DNA from: a virus
Direction: 5' to 3' (one strand)
Virus record (IMG/VR): IMGVR_UViG_3300045988_151376
Length of the DNA stretch: 51,907 nucleotides
Part shown: positions 48,664 to 51,907 of the stretch, one piece after another
How positions within the stretch are numbered: position 1 is the first letter of the stretch
Layout: each line of letters opens with the position of its first letter
Position numbers and translations under genes: made by a program
Notes under the pieces: model-generated
What the model saw: the letters and a program-made list of their open reading frames with translations, nothing else
Told to the model about the DNA's origin: nothing
The model's database searches: none

Positions 48664-49070
48664 CCTATCTGAAGATCGCGGGCGCACTGCTTGCGGTGCT
48701 TCTGGCTTTCGGAGGCGGCTATCGCTATGCCGCTGCGCTTTACGAAAAGGACGCGGCGGAGCTTCGGGAAGCCGAGGCCGTTGCCCGTGCCGATATGGGG
48801 AGGAAGCAATATGCGAAGATGGTTGAAGCGCTGGACGCTCTTGCCGGCCTGCGCGGTGAGCTTGCCGATGCTCGCGCTGATGCTGAACGGGTGCGCCGCG
48901 CCGCCGAGGTACGTGAGCGAAGAGCCAGCGCCTCTGCCTGCGGTGCTGAGCGCGCCGCAGTCTCAGCGTGCGAAGGCCTACTCAGAGAAAGTGTCGAGCT
49001 TCTCGCAGAGGGTCGAGAGCTACTTCAAGAGTCAGCCGGAGTTCACGACGCCGCAATAGGGGTGAAGTAG
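48660..49070 (+). CDS. i-spanin (Rz-like)
   Basis: The GTG at 48660 overlaps the endolysin stop. N-terminal TM segment YLKIAGALLAVLLAFGGGY, then a charged coiled coil. Confidence 0.6.
   Translation: MTYLKIAGALLAVLLAFGGGYRYAAALYEKDAAELREAEAVARADMGRKQYAKMVEALDALAGLRGELADARADAERVRRAAEVRERRASASACGAERAAVSACEGLLRESVELLAEGRELLQESAGVHDAAIGVK
48811..49059 (+). CDS. o-spanin (Rz1-like lipoprotein) fully embedded in the Rz frame
   Basis: +1 frame: MRRWLKRWTLLPACAVSLPMLALMLNGCAAPP. Signal peptide plus lipobox LNGC; Pro-rich mature part. Confidence 0.7.
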   Translation: MRRWLKRWTLLPACAVSLPMLALMLNGCAAPPRYVSEEPAPLPAVLSAPQSQRAKAYSEKVSSFSQRVESYFKSQPEFTTPQ

Positions 49071-49125
49071 CTCTATACTTTTTTGGGCGGATGTTTCCTG
49101 CCGAAACAGTCCTAGCAACTGTCCT

Positions 49126-49147
49126 AAGTACACCAAGAAGTACACCA
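49126..49147 (+). repeat. Tandem AAGTACACCA repeats (candidate integrase arm-type sites)
   Basis: AAGTACACCA at 49126..49135 and 49138..49147. GTACACCA recurs at 49371..49378, and GTGTACA at about 49339 and 49423. Confidence 0.45.
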
Positions 49148-49189
49148 CCGTGACAGGTGCATTTTGAAATCGGTGTGAGAGAAGCTATC

Positions 49190-49211
49190 TTGAATCCTCT
49201 CACCCCGACCA
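49190..49211 (+). other. tRNA 3'-end-like segment (candidate attP core)
   Basis: ttgaatcctctcaccccgacca resembles a T-loop 3' half, T-stem, acceptor 3' strand, discriminator base and CCA. Followed by a terminator. Confidence 0.35.
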
Positions 49212-49220
49212 GGATTCTTA

Positions 49221-49248
49221 AAAAGGTCGTCGCAAGACGGCCTTTTTT
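49221..49248 (+). terminator. Intrinsic terminator directly after the tRNA-like segment
   Basis: aggtcgtc-gcaa-gacggcct followed by tttttt. Confidence 0.65.
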
Positions 49249-49451
49249 GTTGTGTCTAACTCTACGGCCCTCCTGCGGCTCTAGGGAAGACAGTCGCCAT
49301 TACGGCGCGTAAAGGCTCGTCTGCCATTCCTAAACCCCGTGTACAGCTCTTGACGGATGTCCACCAAGATGTACACCATAGAAGCGCGATTACCGGTGAA
49401 AGCGATTTCCGCCCGGATTTTTTGTGTACATCAGGAAAGGAGCCTGCTGAG

Positions 49452-50816
49452 ATGCCAAGAGTTGCAGAGAGGATGACAGAAAAGCGCCTGCGGAGCCTGA
49501 CGAAAGGTTGCTCCTGCGGCGTCGTTCCGGGCCTTGAGGTGCGCGTGCGCACTCTGGGCGACGGGAGCACGGCAAAGTACTTTTTGCTTCGTGACCGTGC
49601 GACGGGTAAGGCGTACCAGATCGGACAATATCCGAAGGTCTCGCTCTCTGAAGCATTCAAGACTGCGGCCGAGTGGCGCGAAAAGATTAAGGCGGGGATT
49701 GATCCGGTTGCTGAGAGAAAGGCGCTGCGCATGTCTCTTCAGTCTGAGGAGCCCGCGCCGGCTGTTCTGACCGTCCGGGAGATGGTCTACGGGTGGATTC
49801 GGTTCAATGAGGAGCGGGGGAGATGGAAGAACGCTCGCAAGCCGAAGGAGCGAGTGTGGGATGGGTACTGCAGCAACCACTTCGCGCCGGACTTTCTTTC
49901 GATGCCGGCGAAGGACGTGACTGCTGAGCTTCTATACGACGAGTTGGGGGAGAAGTGGCGCACCATGATCGATACGCCGGAGAGGATTCTGAGCGATATG
50001 CGTAATGCCTACGACTGGGCAATGCGGCAGGAGATGATTCCCGTAATGATGAATCCGGCCCGTGTAGCCGGAGGGAAGCTCGGCGATATGCTGTCCCTCG
50101 CTCGTCCCGAGGGCGGCCATGAGCCCGCGCTGCCGCCTAAGCGCATGCCGGCTTTCTTTGCTGAGCTGATGAAGCTCGTGCCGCGCAGTCAGTCTGCGCG
50201 CTGTCTGGCCTTCGCCATTCTCACGTCGGCCCGCAATTCAACCGCCAGAGAGGCCACGTGGGATGAGATTCAGCAGGACGATGAGGGACAGTGGTTCCAC
50301 GTCATCCCGCGCGAGCGGATGAAAATGAAGTCAGACAAGATTCCTTTTGACCGGAAAACGCCGCTCTGCGCTCCGGCGAAAAGTCTTCTGGACACCGCGC
50401 CGCGCTTTCCGGGCGAAGGCCGCAACTTCATCTTCCCGAATATCAATCAGGGGAACATGTCGCCCTTCTCGCTCGATGCGGTTCGCTCGTTACTGAAGAG
50501 AATGCACGACAGGCAGCGCGCGAAGGATGGCATAGGGTGGGTCGATCCGGAGCAAAAGGCGAAGGACGGTAAGCCGAGGATTGTCACCCTTCACGGTCTA
50601 GCGCGGGCCACGTTCAACACGTGGGCGAAGGACGCGAAGGGCTACGGCCATAAGTCCTTCTCCCGTGACCTGCGGGAAAGCTGTCTCGATCACCGCAATG
50701 AATCGTACCAATGCGCCTATGACCGTGAACAGGCGTTGGGCGACATGAGAGAGGTTTATGACGCTTGGGGAAAATATTGTTGTGCAATGTTGACAATAAC
50801 TCCAAAAGTGATATGA
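49452..50816 (+). CDS. Tyrosine integrase (IntA/P4-like); probable phage integrase
   Basis: ATG at 49452 (RBS aaggag). MTEKRLRSL..GLEVRVRTLGDGSTAKYFLLR...IGQYPKVSLSEAFKTAAEWR. Catalytic context TSARNSTAREATW, LHGLARATF, LDHRNESYQCAYDR. Confidence 0.9.
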   Translation: MPRVAERMTEKRLRSLTKGCSCGVVPGLEVRVRTLGDGSTAKYFLLRDRATGKAYQIGQYPKVSLSEAFKTAAEWREKIKAGIDPVAERKALRMSLQSEEPAPAVLTVREMVYGWIRFNEERGRWKNARKPKERVWDGYCSNHFAPDFLSMPAKDVTAELLYDELGEKWRTMIDTPERILSDMRNAYDWAMRQEMIPVMMNPARVAGGKLGDMLSLARPEGGHEPALPPKRMPAFFAELMKLVPRSQSARCLAFAILTSARNSTAREATWDEIQQDDEGQWFHVIPRERMKMKSDKIPFDRKTPLCAPAKSLLDTAPRFPGEGRNFIFPNINQGNMSPFSLDAVRSLLKRMHDRQRAKDGIGWVDPEQKAKDGKPRIVTLHGLARATFNTWAKDAKGYGHKSFSRDLRESCLDHRNESYQCAYDREQALGDMREVYDAWGKYCCAMLTITPKVI

Positions 50817-50860
50817 TTTCACCTAATCAGTGAATTCGCTGATTCAAAGAGGAAAACAAG

Positions 50861-51217
50861 ATGAAGATTAGTGAGTATGGCAAGCTTGTCCGAAAAGGTC
50901 GGATAGATGCTGGTGTCACCATGCTCGATATGGCTCGAAGCATTGGTGTTGCTCCTTCGTATCTCAGTGCTACGGAAGTTGGTTCGAAGAAAATTTCCGA
51001 CGATTTCCTGAATCGAGTGATCGAATTTTTCGCCTCCAAAGGGATCCACATCAGCGGCATTAGAGAAGCCGCAGACGTGTCAAATAAGGCGGTTTCTTTG
51101 GAGGGACTTTCTACAACTCAGCAATTCCTTGTCGCAGGGTTTGCTCGTGCAAATATGTCAAAAGATCAACTCGATGCCTTTGTAAAGTTATTAGCTGACA
51201 CAAAAAAAGGAGGCTAA
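50861..51217 (+). CDS. XRE-family HTH regulator (ImmR-like)
   Basis: VTMLDMARSIGVAPSYLSATEVG is an HTH. AT-richer DNA. Immediately upstream of an ImmA-like peptidase gene. Confidence 0.8.
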   Translation: MKISEYGKLVRKGRIDAGVTMLDMARSIGVAPSYLSATEVGSKKISDDFLNRVIEFFASKGIHISGIREAADVSNKAVSLEGLSTTQQFLVAGFARANMSKDQLDAFVKLLADTKKGG

Positions 51218-51739
51218 ATGAGTGGACACGGATATAAAGTACCCCCTCGATCCATTAGGAATATTCGGGAAATCGCTGAGGGAGTCCGCAAAATCGTAGG
51301 TGATCCGAGAAAAAATATAGGAATGTTTCTGGAAATCCTACTATTCCAAGGGAAGTTGGATGTGGTCGAGGATAACGATCGCCGGTTAGCACGGGATGTT
51401 GAAGCGGTTTTCATCCCAAATGATCAATGTATTCGCCTTAGAAACCGGGACTATGAGGCGGTGATAACAGGTTCAAACCGAAGATCTTTATTTACGTTCT
51501 GGCATGAGTTCGGTCATATGATCCTGGGGCATGAAAGAACATTCAATCGCGAAGAGTCACAAGAACATAAAGCGTACGAAGACTCTGAGTGGCAAGCCAA
51601 CACTTTTGCTGGGGAAATTCTGATGCCGCTTCCAGTTATTGACGAAGAAAATTTGAAGACGCCAAACGTGATTGCGGAAAGGTTTGGCGTTTCTTACGCA
51701 GCTGCCACGTCTAGGCTAAGACAGCTGAAACGAATATGA
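51218..51739 (+). CDS. ImmA/IrrE-family zinc metallopeptidase
   Basis: HEXXH motif in FWHEFGHMILGHE, plus the downstream E..AN.FAGEILMP motif. Confidence 0.85.
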   Translation: MSGHGYKVPPRSIRNIREIAEGVRKIVGDPRKNIGMFLEILLFQGKLDVVEDNDRRLARDVEAVFIPNDQCIRLRNRDYEAVITGSNRRSLFTFWHEFGHMILGHERTFNREESQEHKAYEDSEWQANTFAGEILMPLPVIDEENLKTPNVIAERFGVSYAAATSRLRQLKRI

Positions 51740-51742
51740 GAA

Positions 51743-51775
51743 AGGCGCTGAAGAAGTACCAATTCTGCAGCGCCT
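51743..51775 (+). terminator. Hairpin after the ImmA-like gene (no clear U-run)
   Basis: aggcgctg-N17-cagcgcct. Confidence 0.35.
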
Positions 51776-51808
51776 ATAGGGTGTCGCGAGCGAGTCACCC
51801 TTTGATGT

Positions 51809-51907
51809 CGGTTTCAAGACTCCTTCATTATCGGTGTGAAGGTGCTCGGCGTCAAGCTCATAGCTCGCTCGTGGATGGTAATTCTTATGACCACCACGAA
51901 AAAAAAG
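51809..51907. repeat. Second copy of the 99-bp terminal direct repeat
   Basis: Identical to 1..99. Confidence 0.95.

Overview
No homology search, RNA folding or read mapping could be run. Product calls rest on motifs I recognise in the supplied translations and on hand-checked sequence patterns. Start codons were revised by eye using ribosome-binding sites (RBS).

The window looks like one complete, circularly closed genome of a temperate contractile-tailed phage or prophage. Bases 1..99 are identical to 51809..51907, giving a unit length of 51,808 bp. The backbone is GC-rich, with several visibly AT-richer islands.

Layout:
- **Accessory and early-left region (about 290..13650):** mostly minus strand. 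It carries an AlpA/Xis-like gene, four Rha or BRO-N antirepressor paralogues with a shared C-terminal domain, and a Gp157 / Sak4-like ATPase / SSB-tailed recombination module. Three plus-strand islands sit in it: a DinD-like gene; a pair made of a 4-TM (four-transmembrane-helix) protein and a roughly 300-aa protein with Kiwa-like architecture; and a small WYL-like gene.
- **Immunity region (13905..15284):** a consensus leftward promoter (PL-like), a LexA/S24-type CI repressor, an extended -10 rightward promoter (PR-like) sharing a 17-bp operator with PL, a Cro-like gene and a ribbon-helix-helix gene.
- **Replication and Nin-like region (15281..18504):** an initiator with internal iterons, a DnaC-like loader, RusA and a Q-like regulator.
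- **Late promoter and hicAB:** a lambda PR'-like promoter plus terminator unit, followed by a hicAB toxin-antitoxin island.
- **Late operon (19539..43556):** terS, terL, portal, MuF-like protein, scaffold, major capsid, connector proteins, sheath, tube, a tail chaperone with a -1 programmed ribosomal frameshift (PRF), tape measure, baseplate V/W/J genes and three tail-fibre genes.
- **Lysis cassette:** holin, XhlA-like protein, endolysin-like protein and embedded Rz/Rz1 spanins.
- **Integration module:** a candidate attP, a tyrosine integrase and an ImmR/ImmA-like pair.

Most interesting observations:
1. A start-less, inverted alternative tail-fibre tip cassette converges on the third tail-fibre gene. 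It shares an in-frame 8-bp inverted repeat with that gene and sits next to a second, P4-type tyrosine recombinase. This is a candidate host-range inversion switch.
2. The leaders upstream of three antirepressor genes carry three RNA elements (decoy, anti-SD, and the Shine-Dalgarno (SD) sequence itself). The element sequences co-vary between the paralogous copies. Two of the leaders sit inside a 125-bp promoter-to-terminator repeat.
3. The AT-rich two-gene membrane plus soluble protein island resembles Kiwa in architecture.
4. A family of small single-pass membrane proteins, each followed by a conserved hairpin, lies between the baseplate and tail-fibre genes.
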